Assembly (NCBI GenBank): GCA_002405835.1
Contig: DHMO01000042.1
Span: 16,036 to 80,035 of the forward strand
DNA length: 64,000 nucleotides
From: Lentisphaeria bacterium UBA4640
Lineage (GTDB): Bacteria > Verrucomicrobiota > Lentisphaeria > Victivallales > UBA1829
Reading direction: 5' to 3'
The notes below the pieces were generated by a model. The model did not search any database. It was not told the DNA's origin and saw only the letters and a list, made by a program, of their open reading frames with translations. Position 1 is the stretch's first letter. Each line of letters opens with the position of its first letter. This document shows positions 8,198 through 17,473 of the stretch, in pieces. The position numbers and the translations under genes were made by a program.

Positions 8198-9205
8198 TTA
8201 CTTTTTCCGGAAAAGTTCGCGGATGAGGGCGGAGATCTCCGGCTCAATGAGGGCGGAACCGACGACGAGAACCATTCCGCCGATCTGGCAGAGCGTAATC
8301 GTCTGGGCGAAAAACAGCCAGCCGAGAAGCGCGGTCAGCATCGGAGTGAAATAACCCGAAACTGCGAGCAGCCCGGTGGAAATGTAGCGCTGGGCATTGT
8401 TCCATGAGAAGAACGCGAGCGCGGTCGGAATCAGTCCGAGATAGGCTGTGCAGAGAATATCCGGAAGCAGTGCTGGAATATGGACCGGAAAGCCCGCCGC
8501 AAGCTGGAAGAGCAGAATCCAGAGTCCGGCGAAAAGAACGCTCCATGAGGTGTAAAGCAGACCGCCGATCCGTTTGATTGTCCGGTGGGCGAGCACGGTG
8601 TAGAGCGCCCAGCAGAACGCGCCGGCGAACACCATCGCGTCGCCAAAGGAAACGGAACTGATAGTCAGTCCTTTTGCGCTGATGACTTTCAGCACAAGCA
8701 TGCTTCCGGCAAAACCGGCGCAGAGACCCGCGGTCTGAAGCGCCGAGGTCGGATTCCGCAGAATGAAGAGTCCGAGCACGAAGATCATCAGAGGGGCCTC
8801 CGCCTCCAGCAGCGAGGCGTTGACGACCGGAATGCCGAGACTCTGTCCGTAAAACAGAAACACGCTCATTCCGGCGGCGAAAATACTCTGGAAAATCAGA
8901 TGAAACCAGTCTTTCCCGCGAATCTCCGCCCAGGGATGTTTGCGGTTCGCAACGGCAAAAACAAGGAGCATGACAACGCCCGCCATCAGGAAGCGCAGCT
9001 GCGCCATGCTGTAGCAGTCGACATTGCCGCGAGTGACCAGGAAGCTGACCGCCGGGAAAAGCGTTCCCCAGCACACAACACTGACCGCCGCCCAGAAAAT
9101 CCCCGGAACAGCGGGATGTGTTTTTGTGAATTCAGAAAGATTTGCGCTCATAGTTTGTCCTCTCATAGAATCCGGTAATATACCATCGGATGCCGTGCTT
9201 TTCAA
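8198..9205 (-). CDS. DMT superfamily (EamA-type) permease
   Basis: The track ORF has about 10 hydrophobic segments in two EamA-like halves. The true start is more likely the ATG at 9151 (MSANLSEFTKTHPAVPGIFWAAV...), because the 9205 start abuts the upstream stop. Confidence 0.8.
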   Translation of the reverse strand: MKSTASDGILPDSMRGQTMSANLSEFTKTHPAVPGIFWAAVSVVCWGTLFPAVSFLVTRGNVDCYSMAQLRFLMAGVVMLLVFAVANRKHPWAEIRGKDWFHLIFQSIFAAGMSVFLFYGQSLGIPVVNASLLEAEAPLMIFVLGLFILRNPTSALQTAGLCAGFAGSMLVLKVISAKGLTISSVSFGDAMVFAGAFCWALYTVLAHRTIKRIGGLLYTSWSVLFAGLWILLFQLAAGFPVHIPALLPDILCTAYLGLIPTALAFFSWNNAQRYISTGLLAVSGYFTPMLTALLGWLFFAQTITLCQIGGMVLVVGSALIEPEISALIRELFRKK

Positions 9206-10219
9206 TCAGATAAATTCCGCGGGGATGATGACGGAGCGCGGTTTGCGGCGTGTGTTGATGGCGTGGATCAGCTGTTCGGCAATCTTGATTCCGCATTCGC
9301 GGCGCGGGACTCTGACTGTATGGCGACCGGACGGGACGCCGGGGAGGGGGAGCCCGTCGCAGCCGATGACGGGGATGCTGATGTTGTGTTCGCGGAGCCC
9401 CTGGAGAATTCCGGGCAGCTGGTGGTCGTACGCGGCTATGAGGGCGTCCGGACGGGTTCGTTCGAGGAGATTTTCGAGCGCGGAGGCGCCGCTTTCCGCG
9501 AGCGGGCGGACGTTTTCGATGAGCGCGGGATCAGTCTGGCGGTATCGCTGAAGAGCCTTGAGATAGGCGTCGAACTTCCGCATCTGCTGGAGATTGACAT
9601 AGCTCCGGGTCTGCCCGATGAAGGCGATTTTTGAACAGCCCTGCGCGATGAGCCAGTCCACGGCGTCGCGGATGCCGTCTGTGAAATCGAACGCGACTTG
9701 CGGAATTGCGGGATCATCGACGGGGTCGCATGCGGAAATGAACGGGACATGGGCGGCGGCGATGCGGTCGAGCACATGTTTTTCGCCGATTCCGAGCACG
9801 ATTTTCCCTGTGGAAGCGCAAAGGGAGAAGCGGTCGAGACGCAGCAGTCCTGTTTCGGGGTCGGATTCGAGCATATTGAGAATGGTGCGGTATCCGGCGG
9901 CGGAGAGTTTCTGCATCATGCCTTCCCAGATTTCGTTCCAGAAGGGGTGAGTGAAGATGGTTGTGAAACCCTCGAAGATGACTTCGATCATGCGTTCTGG
10001 ATAGAGTTCTCTGCGGTTCTGGATGATGCGTGTTCCCGCCCGTTTTTTGCGTTCGAGCAGTCCCGCCTCGACGAGTCTTGCAACGGCTTTGTTTGCGGTT
10101 TTGATATTGACCCCGAATTCCTCCGCGAGGGTGAGCGTGTTGGGCAGCCGGTCGGTGTAGACTCCGTCCGCGATTCTCCGTTTCAGCTCCTCCGCAATAT
10201 GCGCCTGTTTGTATTCCAT
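9206..10219 (-). CDS. Transcriptional regulator with a GntR-type winged-helix N-terminus and a periplasmic-binding-protein (LacI-type sugar-binding) C-terminal domain
   Basis: The N-terminal HTH is LPNTLTLAEEFGVNIKTANKAVARLVEAGLLERKKRAGTRI. The remaining ~270 aa have the alternating beta/alpha pattern of the PBP type-1 fold (..KIAFIGQTRSY.., ..ALIAAYDHQLPGILQGLREHNISIP..VIGCDG). Confidence 0.8.
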   Translation of the reverse strand: MEYKQAHIAEELKRRIADGVYTDRLPNTLTLAEEFGVNIKTANKAVARLVEAGLLERKKRAGTRIIQNRRELYPERMIEVIFEGFTTIFTHPFWNEIWEGMMQKLSAAGYRTILNMLESDPETGLLRLDRFSLCASTGKIVLGIGEKHVLDRIAAAHVPFISACDPVDDPAIPQVAFDFTDGIRDAVDWLIAQGCSKIAFIGQTRSYVNLQQMRKFDAYLKALQRYRQTDPALIENVRPLAESGASALENLLERTRPDALIAAYDHQLPGILQGLREHNISIPVIGCDGLPLPGVPSGRHTVRVPRRECGIKIAEQLIHAINTRRKPRSVIIPAEFI

Positions 10220-10316
10220 GACTTACGCCTGACAGAATCCTTTATTGAAATTTCAGAAAAGATAGCACATGTTTTCGGAAAAACAAGAGATGAAAAACAG
10301 ATTCGGAAATAAAGAA

Positions 10317-10380
10317 CATGGTCACCGGCTCGGCCGGTGACCATGCGGGGATCGAGCGATTGCTCCGGAGGCAATCGCTC
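10317..10380 (-). terminator. Tandem hairpins ending the dehydrogenase/isomerase/GH57-like operon
   Basis: One perfect stem is catggtcaccgg/ccggtgaccatg (10317-10345). The second is gagcgattgc/gcaatcgctc (10354-10380). Both lie directly downstream of the stop at 10400 on the minus strand. The distal hairpin is followed by a T-rich run on the minus strand. Confidence 0.5.
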
Positions 10381-10399
10381 TCGGTGAATCAGTGGCGGA

Positions 10400-11779
10400 T
10401 TATTCGCCGAAATATTTCTGATCCATCAGTTCCTTCTCGATCAGCTTGATCTGCGTTTCCATCAGCGGTGCAGAGTAGATCGCACGCTTCTCAGCAATGC
10501 CGCCTTTCTCCATCGCTTCGCCGAGGAACTTGTTCGCGGCAAACAGATCGTCAATCGACTCGCGGACGTTGAAGCGTCCCGGGGTGGTCGGCAGCGGGGG
10601 CCAACGGGAGTCGGAAACGTATGCGGATGTCACAGCCTTCATCGCCTTGTCAAGCTCCGGCGTGTTGCCGATGTGCTTGCGGACCGCGACAATGCCGTCG
10701 TAGACCATGCGGCAGACCGGGTCGAAGATCAGAGAATAGCTCGTGTTCGCCCATGCCTTGTAGGTTCCGCCATGCCATGCGGCGCCGTTTTCGATGTGGT
10801 CGATCAGATCGTTCTTGATCAGCTCTGTGGCGTTGTTGATCACTTCACCCGGAGTGGTGAGTTCGTAGCCGATGCTCTTCGCCATGTCGAGAAGCTCTTT
10901 GAAGCGCTGGACGGACTTCGGTTCCGGCTCGAAGAAGCGGGCCTGGTTGAACTGCTTCACATAGAAGTAGGCGGAAGAACCGATGTATTCCGCATCTTCC
11001 GCGTACGGCATGATGAAGGAACCGGTCTGCGCAATGCGCGGCTGCCACTTCAGGAACATTTCCTTGATTTCGTCGAGGCTGACCGGAGTTTCGCGGCAGC
11101 CTTCCGTCGCGCCCATCAGGTACCAGAGCATCGGGTTTGCCATGCAGTCGGAGCGGAAGACCATGCGGAGACCGTTCGGAGCAACCGACGGATTCGTCAG
11201 GTACTTCAGGAATTCCGGCTTGTCCTTGATGTATTCTTCAATCTTGAAGAGGTGGTTCTTGTTGGAGTGACCCTGAACGTCATATTTGAGCCCGGTCGCC
11301 TGACGGATTTCCGGGAAGGAGAGGAAGAAGCTGTCGGCGTCCATGACGAGGTTTTTGTAGCCGGCTTCCTTGTAGATTTCGGGGAGGTAGGAGGCCCAGC
11401 CGCACTCCGGATTCCATCCGGTTTCGGGGCGGACGCCGGTGTATTTTTCCCATGCTTCAAGACCGTGCTTGAGGGTGTCCAGTCCGATTTCCGGCGGAAC
11501 GTTCGCGAGCATCACGTGGATGAACGGGGATGCAACCGGTTCAATTTTGCCTTCCTTGACCAGTTCACGGAGGAGGGCGAGGACGGCCGGAGCCTCCTGA
11601 TCCATCACTTCAAGCGTTCTGCCGGAAGCCTCGAACGCGACTTTGTAATCGCCGTCGCGGACGAGTTCAAAAAGCGGGCGGTAGCAGTTTTCGCAGACCC
11701 ATGCGCGGCGCTTCGGGTCGAGCTGCGAATACTGGATGTTCGCATGAGGCATAAAAATGACTTGCGGTTTGTTCGACAT
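10400..11779 (-). CDS. GH57-like glycoside hydrolase fold protein (family assignment tentative)
   Basis: 459 aa. GH57-like motifs: FMPHANIQY, GKIEPVASPFIHVMLANVPPE, and GWNPECGWASYLPEIYKEAGYKNLVMD (a W-x-P-E-type nucleophile region). Coding status is strong; function is uncertain. Confidence 0.55.
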   Translation of the reverse strand: MSNKPQVIFMPHANIQYSQLDPKRRAWVCENCYRPLFELVRDGDYKVAFEASGRTLEVMDQEAPAVLALLRELVKEGKIEPVASPFIHVMLANVPPEIGLDTLKHGLEAWEKYTGVRPETGWNPECGWASYLPEIYKEAGYKNLVMDADSFFLSFPEIRQATGLKYDVQGHSNKNHLFKIEEYIKDKPEFLKYLTNPSVAPNGLRMVFRSDCMANPMLWYLMGATEGCRETPVSLDEIKEMFLKWQPRIAQTGSFIMPYAEDAEYIGSSAYFYVKQFNQARFFEPEPKSVQRFKELLDMAKSIGYELTTPGEVINNATELIKNDLIDHIENGAAWHGGTYKAWANTSYSLIFDPVCRMVYDGIVAVRKHIGNTPELDKAMKAVTSAYVSDSRWPPLPTTPGRFNVRESIDDLFAANKFLGEAMEKGGIAEKRAIYSAPLMETQIKLIEKELMDQKYFGE

Positions 11780-11826
11780 TTATTTGTCTCCTTTATTTAG
11801 GTTGGTTGTGAATGTATTCTTCTGTT

Positions 11827-12642
11827 TCAAGCCTCGTGCGCTTTCAGGAAGTTCAGGCTGCGGGTCATGCCGTCTTCGACGTCTTCGGGAAGTTCGTACT
11901 CGATCATTGCGGGACCGTCGAACTCCTTGAGAACTTCCATGAGCCGCGCCCAGTTGAGGCGTCCTTCTCCGCACGCCGCCGGGCGCACGCCGCCTTCCAC
12001 ATCGCGGAAGTCCTTGAGGTGGACATAGGCGATGGCTTCCTTGAACTGACGGAAGAATCCGACGGCGCAGGTGGTTCCGACCGCGGTCAGATTCGCGGGG
12101 TCATAGGCGCAGGAAACACCCGTCTTCACGATCTCTTTCCAGATATCGGTACGGGTGGATGTACTGTTGAAATGCACGAGCGCGCCGTTATCCAGGCATG
12201 CGACTCCGCCGTGGGTTTCCACGCAGAGACGGACGCCGGTGTTTTTTGCGTAATCGCTGACTTCCTTCAGCGCTGCGAGCATCTTCACGAGCCGATCGCC
12301 GATGACCACACTGTCGGAATTGAATCCGGCGAAGATGCGGAGATAGCGGAGACCGAGCTTTGCGGCGATGTCGATGACTTCCTTCACCTTCTTGACCTGT
12401 TCGGCAACGTCGTCGCCGGTGAAGTCGTTTCCGGTGCAGCCGCACTCAAGACGGATTCCGTACTGGCGGAACAGCTCCTTCACATGTTCGATCTGCGCAT
12501 CGGTTGCGCCGAGCTGAAGGGCGTCCTTGTCATAGTTCGCAATGGAGAATTCCAGCAGTTCCAGTCCGAGCTTTTTTGTGAGGGCGAGCTGGGATTCGAG
12601 GGACTCTTCGCGGAGTCCCCAGGCGGCGAGACCGTACCGCAT
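11827..12642 (-). CDS. Sugar phosphate isomerase/epimerase (xylose isomerase-like TIM barrel)
   Basis: I trimmed the track ORF 11827..12810 to the ATG at 12642 (MRYGLAAWGL...), which overlaps the upstream stop as TGATG. It has typical AP-endonuclease-2/TIM-barrel segments (LRYLRIFAG, VRLCVETHGG, VHLKD, IEYE). Confidence 0.8.
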   Translation of the reverse strand: MRYGLAAWGLREESLESQLALTKKLGLELLEFSIANYDKDALQLGATDAQIEHVKELFRQYGIRLECGCTGNDFTGDDVAEQVKKVKEVIDIAAKLGLRYLRIFAGFNSDSVVIGDRLVKMLAALKEVSDYAKNTGVRLCVETHGGVACLDNGALVHFNSTSTRTDIWKEIVKTGVSCAYDPANLTAVGTTCAVGFFRQFKEAIAYVHLKDFRDVEGGVRPAACGEGRLNWARLMEVLKEFDGPAMIEYELPEDVEDGMTRSLNFLKAHEA

Positions 12643-13691
12643 CAGAGATCCCTCCAGTCGAAGAGAACCTTGAAGCAGTTCATGCCCTTTTCGGACTGGT
12701 ATTCGAACGCCTCTTTCGCTTTTCCGGCGGGCCAGATTTCGTAGGGAAGATGCGTGGTGTCGATTTTGCCTTCGCTGATCCACTGGAGGATCTGTCCTTT
12801 TGCACGCCACTTCATGGCGCAGGTCATGGACATATTGACGTTTTTGACGAACCAGCGGTGATAGTGGTCGAAGAGGAGTTTTTCGGGGTAGTCGCCGTTG
12901 AGGTGAATGTAGCCCGGCTCATCGTCATCCGCCCATCCGCCGTCCTTGATGAACTTGTAGAGGATTCCCGGAACCGCGGGGTTGCCGGAACATTCGATGA
13001 TTTTGTCCGCCTTTTTGCCGTTTGTGAGCTCTTCGAGCTTTTTGATTCCGGCTTCATCGGGAGTGATGACGAAGTTCGCGTAATGCTTTGCGATTTCCTG
13101 ACGGTAGGGATGCGGTTCGGCGATGATGATTTTCGCGTTCGGGGATTTGATGCGGATGATCTGCGCCGCGCCGATGCCGTTCATGCCCGCGCCGAAAACG
13201 AGAACCGTTCCGGTGTAATCGGGGGTGAGTCCGAGACGTTCCACGCCTTTGAGGGAGACGCAGAAGAGGTAAGCGAGGACCGCCTGTTCATCGGTGACGT
13301 TGTCGGGGATCTTGCAGAGGGGATCGCCCGCGCCGCCGGCGTTTGCGGAGTCTTTGTGAACAATCTGGGTTCCGCCGCCCCATGCCGCGCAGACGTCCAT
13401 GTAGGTGCGGCATTCGTTGATCATGACGCGGTCGCCTTTTTTGAATCCGGGAGCGTAGGAGCCTTCTTCGAGGACGATACCGATGTTTTCATAACCGGGG
13501 ACGAGAGGATACCAGCACTGCTCGGGGTGCTGCATTCCATGGTAGGTTTTCATGTCGGTGCCGGTGCTGATGGCGCTCATCAGGGTTTTGCAGACGACGG
13601 TGTCCTCGCGTTTCGGGGTCAGGGTCACTTCACGGAACGCCGCTTCGCCGGGACGTTCGATCACAGTTGCCATAGTTTTCACGAAAGACAT
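12642..13691 (-). CDS. Medium-chain (zinc-type) alcohol/polyol dehydrogenase family protein
   Basis: 349 aa. It has a GroES-like N-terminus (PLVPGYENIGIV..GDRV) and a Rossmann motif (VLVFGAGMNGIGAAQ). The SD aaggaaggtg lies upstream. Confidence 0.8.
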   Translation of the reverse strand: MSFVKTMATVIERPGEAAFREVTLTPKREDTVVCKTLMSAISTGTDMKTYHGMQHPEQCWYPLVPGYENIGIVLEEGSYAPGFKKGDRVMINECRTYMDVCAAWGGGTQIVHKDSANAGGAGDPLCKIPDNVTDEQAVLAYLFCVSLKGVERLGLTPDYTGTVLVFGAGMNGIGAAQIIRIKSPNAKIIIAEPHPYRQEIAKHYANFVITPDEAGIKKLEELTNGKKADKIIECSGNPAVPGILYKFIKDGGWADDDEPGYIHLNGDYPEKLLFDHYHRWFVKNVNMSMTCAMKWRAKGQILQWISEGKIDTTHLPYEIWPAGKAKEAFEYQSEKGMNCFKVLFDWRDL

Positions 13692-13734
13692 AATTCACCT
13701 TCCTTGATTTATGAGGTTGTTCGTGTATGGATAT

Positions 13735-13762
13735 ATTATAGAGTAGTTTACCCGCTTTTCAA
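13735..13762 (-). promoter_or_regulatory. Near-consensus sigma70 promoter of the dehydrogenase operon, with an overlapping imperfect palindrome
   Basis: Minus-strand TTGAAA (13762-13757), a 16-nt spacer, then TATAAT (13740-13735). An imperfect inverted repeat, gtttacccgctttt (13746-13759) / aaaagggaaac (13769-13779), overlaps the -35 element. Confidence 0.45.
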
Positions 13763-13833
13763 GAGAACAAAAGGGAAACAGGCTGGTTTTAATCAGATTT
13801 TTCTGTTTTTTGATATATGGTTTTTAAAGGACT

Positions 13834-13857
13834 GCCGCGGAAACGGCGTTCCGCGGC
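13834..13857 (-). terminator. Hairpin downstream of aroE, lacking a clear U-tract
   Basis: Stem gccgcggaa/ttccgcggc (9 bp) with a 6-nt loop, 14 nt after the aroE stop. Confidence 0.3.
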
Positions 13858-13870
13858 GGTTCATGAAAGG

Positions 13871-14710
13871 TTATTGCTTTTCGGCGTAGGCTTTGTTCAG
13901 CGCGGCGCGCATGGCCTCGACAGGGGCGGGACGTCCGGTCCAGAGCTCCAGAGAACGTGCGCCCTGATGCAGAAGCATTGCGAGTCCGTTTGCAAACGGA
14001 ATGCCGCGGCGTTCGCATTCGCGGACAATCGGGGTTTTCTTGTAGATCGTGTCGTAGACCCTGATTGACTGCGGAAGAAGCGAGAGATCAATCGGGGCGG
14101 GATCGTCGGGTTTGAGTCCGAGGCTGGTGCACTGGATGACCACATCCGAGGCGTTCAGAAATTCGGAAATCCGCGCATTGTCGTCAATGGTGCAGGTCCG
14201 CACATCGGTTCCGTAAGCGGTGCGCAGTTTTTCCGCGAGTTCATCGGCTTTGGCGACCGTGCGGTTGATGAGGAGAAGAGCCTGCGCGCCCTGCGAGGCG
14301 AAATATGCTGCGGCTGCATGGGCGGCGCCGCCGCAGCCGATGAATGCGATGCGTCCGCCGCGGACATCGAACTGAAACGCCTCTTTCAGCGCCTGAGCGA
14401 GCCCGTAGCCGTCGGTGGTGTCGCCGTAGAGACGTCCGCTTTTGACGGTGACGGTGTTGACGCTTCCCGCGACCTGAGCTTCCTTCGAGATGTGGTCGAG
14501 GAAGGGGAAAATCGCGTTTTTGTGGGGGACGGTGATGTTGAATCCGGCAAGCCCGCGGCGCGCCTGTTCGGTGAATTCCTTTAGATCATCGTGCCGGACA
14601 TGTTCCGCGAAGTATTCCGCATCAAGACCGAGGGCTTTGATTCCGGCGTTCTGCATGGCGGGGGAGAGCGAATGGGCGATCGGATCGCCGATAACTGCAA
14701 ATTTTATCAT
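13871..14710 (-). CDS. aroE: Shikimate dehydrogenase
   Basis: 279 aa. Signature segments: GDPIAHSLSPAMQNAG, FNITVPHKN, SVNTV and IGCGGAAHAAA. Confidence 0.9.
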   Translation of the reverse strand: MIKFAVIGDPIAHSLSPAMQNAGIKALGLDAEYFAEHVRHDDLKEFTEQARRGLAGFNITVPHKNAIFPFLDHISKEAQVAGSVNTVTVKSGRLYGDTTDGYGLAQALKEAFQFDVRGGRIAFIGCGGAAHAAAAYFASQGAQALLLINRTVAKADELAEKLRTAYGTDVRTCTIDDNARISEFLNASDVVIQCTSLGLKPDDPAPIDLSLLPQSIRVYDTIYKKTPIVRECERRGIPFANGLAMLLHQGARSLELWTGRPAPVEAMRAALNKAYAEKQ

Positions 14711-14783
14711 TTTTTTCCTCTATGCGGATTTGTTTCACCGCGTTTATCGTGTATATTGCTCTATATTAACATAGGTGCGTTTT

Positions 14784-15860
14784 ATGAAAAGTCAACTGGA
14801 AAATGAACTTGCGCTTGCGCGCGGGCTCATAAATGAATTTATAACGGATGATCCGTTTCCGTCGCAGATCCGTCCGGAGGCGCTGCGCAAGGCTGTGCGG
14901 CTCTATCCGATGCGGGGGGGCAAACGGCTTCGTCCGGTTCTCGCGCTCTGGTCCTGCGGCGCGGTCGGCGGCGATCCGGTGCGTGCGCTCAACGCGGCCG
15001 CCGCGTGCGAAATCTTCCATAACTGGACCCTCGTTCATGATGACATTATCGACTGTGACGAGGTGCGGCGCGGAAAGCCGACCTGTCACATGGAACTGCG
15101 GAAGGAGGGCTCAGCGCGGTTCGGGCTGCTTCCCGGCCGTGCGGAAAAATACGGAACGGATTTTGCCATTCTGACCGGAGACGTTCAGCAGGCGTGGGCT
15201 TCGGATGTTCTGCTGCGCTCGACCGACCGTGGCGTTTCCGCTGAAACCGCGCTTGCAATGGCGCGGAGAATGCAGTCTTTTCTCAACCGGGAGCTCATTT
15301 CCGGCGAAGCGCTGGATGTTGAATTTGAGTACCGCAAGGTGCTTCCGCCGAAAGCGGAGGTGATTGACATGATCCGCGGCAAGACGGGGGCTCTGCTCGC
15401 GTTTTCCGCCGAATGCGGCGCGATGGTGGGACTCGATACGCCCGACTGGACCGCAAAGCCGGCTGCCGCGCTTGCGGAGTTCGCTTCGGAACTCGGATAT
15501 GCATTCCAGCTCTGCGACGACCTGCTCGGCGTTTACGGCGACGAGGCGACGTTCGGCAAACCGCTCTGCTCGGATTTCCGCGAGGGCAAGCCGACCGTTC
15601 TTTACCTGGAAGCTCTGGAGCGTCTGACCGAATCCGGACGCGCCGAACTGGCGGCGCTGATGAAGCGGCCGGCGTATACGGAGGCGGACATTGCGAAAAT
15701 CCGCACTCTGCTGGAAGAATGCGGCGCGCGTGCGGCGGTTGTCCGTGCGGCGGAGGAGTCGTCGGATAAGGCAATGGCGAATCTCTCTTCGCTTCCCGAA
15801 AACAAATACCGTTCTCTGCTGGAAGATCTGGCGGAGGACCTGCTGAAACGAAATGTCTGA
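14784..15860 (+). CDS. Polyprenyl (geranylgeranyl/farnesyl) diphosphate synthase family protein
   Basis: The first Asp-rich motif is LVHDDIIDCDEVRRG and the second is CDDLLGVYGD. The track ORF begins at a GTG at 14775; the ATG at 14784 (MKSQLENE) is the more likely start. Confidence 0.85.
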   Translation: MKSQLENELALARGLINEFITDDPFPSQIRPEALRKAVRLYPMRGGKRLRPVLALWSCGAVGGDPVRALNAAAACEIFHNWTLVHDDIIDCDEVRRGKPTCHMELRKEGSARFGLLPGRAEKYGTDFAILTGDVQQAWASDVLLRSTDRGVSAETALAMARRMQSFLNRELISGEALDVEFEYRKVLPPKAEVIDMIRGKTGALLAFSAECGAMVGLDTPDWTAKPAAALAEFASELGYAFQLCDDLLGVYGDEATFGKPLCSDFREGKPTVLYLEALERLTESGRAELAALMKRPAYTEADIAKIRTLLEECGARAAVVRAAEESSDKAMANLSSLPENKYRSLLEDLAEDLLKRNV

Positions 15861-15884
15861 CCTTAAAATACAGGAGAAACAAAC

Positions 15885-16763
15885 ATGGCACACAAAAGAG
15901 TTGAATTCATGGGCTGGAAGAACTGCATTGAGATCTCCAGCGGCAAGCTGAAACTGATCGTTGCGACGGAGATCGGACCCCGTATCGTGGGCGCGTTCTT
16001 TGACGGCTCCGACAACCTTTTCCATATCTTCCCGGAAACGGCGGGACAGACCGGCGGCGACGAGTGGAACAACTACGGCGGACACCGTCTCTGGCACTCT
16101 CCCGAGGACAAGATCCGCACGCAGACCATCGACAATTTCCCGGTTGACGTCAAGGACACCGCGAAGGGCATCACGCTTCATGCCGGTCCCGATGCGAACG
16201 CCGGAATCGAGAAGACGATTGAAATCATTCCGGTCAAGGGCGATTCCTTCAAGATTGTGCACACCCTGCGCAACTGCAACCGCTGGGACGTCGAGCTTGC
16301 CGCGTGGGGCATCACGGTGATGGCTCCGGGCGGAAAGGCGATTATTCCGATGCCGCAGGGCGATCCCGAAGCGCTGCTTCCGAACACTTTCATTTCCCTC
16401 TGGCCGTATGTGACGCTTTCCGACGGCAGAATCCGTTTCGGTTCCAAGTACACGCTTGTTCAGCAGGATTCCAAGTGCGGACCCGCCAAGATGGGCTGCA
16501 ACTGCGAAGACGGCTGGATCGCCTACCAGAACAAGGGAATCACCTTCATCAAGAAGTACGAGCACTTCGTCGATGCGGAGTATCCGGACAACGGATGCAG
16601 CGTCGAGTGCTACACCAATGACCAGATGCTGGAAATCGAAACCCTCAGCCCGCTCTATCAGCTCGCTTACGGGGAAGAGGTTCAGCACACGGAAGTCTGG
16701 AGTGCGCTCCGTCTCAGCAAGGAAATCCTTGATGAAGCGGATGCCGAACTGGTCTTCGGCTGA
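15885..16763 (+). CDS. Hypothetical protein, possibly with a galactose-mutarotase-like beta-sandwich fold
   Basis: 292-aa ORF with GC-rich codon usage, 24 nt after the polyprenyl synthase gene. The weak similarity pattern (GPRI..., GGHRLWHSPE) is only suggestive. Confidence 0.55.
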   Translation: MAHKRVEFMGWKNCIEISSGKLKLIVATEIGPRIVGAFFDGSDNLFHIFPETAGQTGGDEWNNYGGHRLWHSPEDKIRTQTIDNFPVDVKDTAKGITLHAGPDANAGIEKTIEIIPVKGDSFKIVHTLRNCNRWDVELAAWGITVMAPGGKAIIPMPQGDPEALLPNTFISLWPYVTLSDGRIRFGSKYTLVQQDSKCGPAKMGCNCEDGWIAYQNKGITFIKKYEHFVDAEYPDNGCSVECYTNDQMLEIETLSPLYQLAYGEEVQHTEVWSALRLSKEILDEADAELVFG

Positions 16764-17473
16764 TGCGTTTCCCCCTGTGTTATCTTCCGCTTCTGCTCTC
16801 CGTTCCGCTTGCCGGCGCGGAGAGCTGGAATGTGCGCATTGAACCGTCGCTTGACGGGGAAATCGTTGCAACTGCGGCTGCGGATGCGTCTGCGGCCGTG
16901 CGGGAGAAGACGGGGGACTGGCGCGGAATCGACCTTCCGGAAAAAGCTCCGGTCTGGGTCGCTTCCGTCTTTTTGAATGCGGACGGTTCGCTGAAAGAGT
17001 CCGTCCGTCTGCGTTCGGGACCGGGCGTGATTTATCCCGCATATCATTACAGCCGTCCGGAAGGTCCGGAGAAGGTCCGGATTCTGGAACGGGCGTATGA
17101 CGGCGCCTGGCTCCGGATTGCTCCGCTGCGCGGTCTGCGCGGGTATGTGCACAGCCGCTTTTTCCGGGAATCCGTCGAACATTCCACGCCCTCCGTTCCG
17201 GTGAAACCGGATGAGAAGATCCGGCGCGACAATTATCTTATGACCGTGGAAGGCATCCCGGTCCGCCTTTCGGAACCGGTCGGTTCCGCCTCATATGAAC
17301 TGATACTGGAAATCAACGGCAAGAAACTTCCGATCGGCTATCTGCTTTCGCCCCGTCTGAATCTGAACCTGTGGGAAAACCGCATGGTGAGGATCACCGG
17401 ACGCCAGCTGTGGGTGAAAGGCATCCGGCGCCCGTTCTGGGAGATAGAGAAAGTTTCGCCGTCCTGGAAATAA
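16763..17473 (+). CDS. Secreted hypothetical protein with an SH3b-like segment
   Basis: N-terminal signal-like peptide MRFPLCYLPLLLSVPLAGAES. The SH3b-like stretch is VRLRSGPGVIYPAYHY...RILERAYDGAWLRI. The start overlaps the upstream stop (TGATG). Confidence 0.55.
   Translation: MRFPLCYLPLLLSVPLAGAESWNVRIEPSLDGEIVATAAADASAAVREKTGDWRGIDLPEKAPVWVASVFLNADGSLKESVRLRSGPGVIYPAYHYSRPEGPEKVRILERAYDGAWLRIAPLRGLRGYVHSRFFRESVEHSTPSVPVKPDEKIRRDNYLMTVEGIPVRLSEPVGSASYELILEINGKKLPIGYLLSPRLNLNLWENRMVRITGRQLWVKGIRRPFWEIEKVSPSWK

Noticed and set aside
10317-10380. Perfect inverted repeats here and at 20644-20691, 31694-31726, 40466-40504, 47644-47696 and 60843-60874, considered as a possible CRISPR array, REP elements or MITEs.
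   Set aside because: Each is unique in sequence. Each sits immediately after a stop codon and has flanking A- or T-tracts, so they are intrinsic terminators. No regularly spaced direct repeats exist anywhere in the window.
15111-17042. A 643-aa minus-strand ORF.
   Set aside because: It is antisense to the polyprenyl synthase gene and the two downstream genes. Its composition is low-complexity and Arg-rich.
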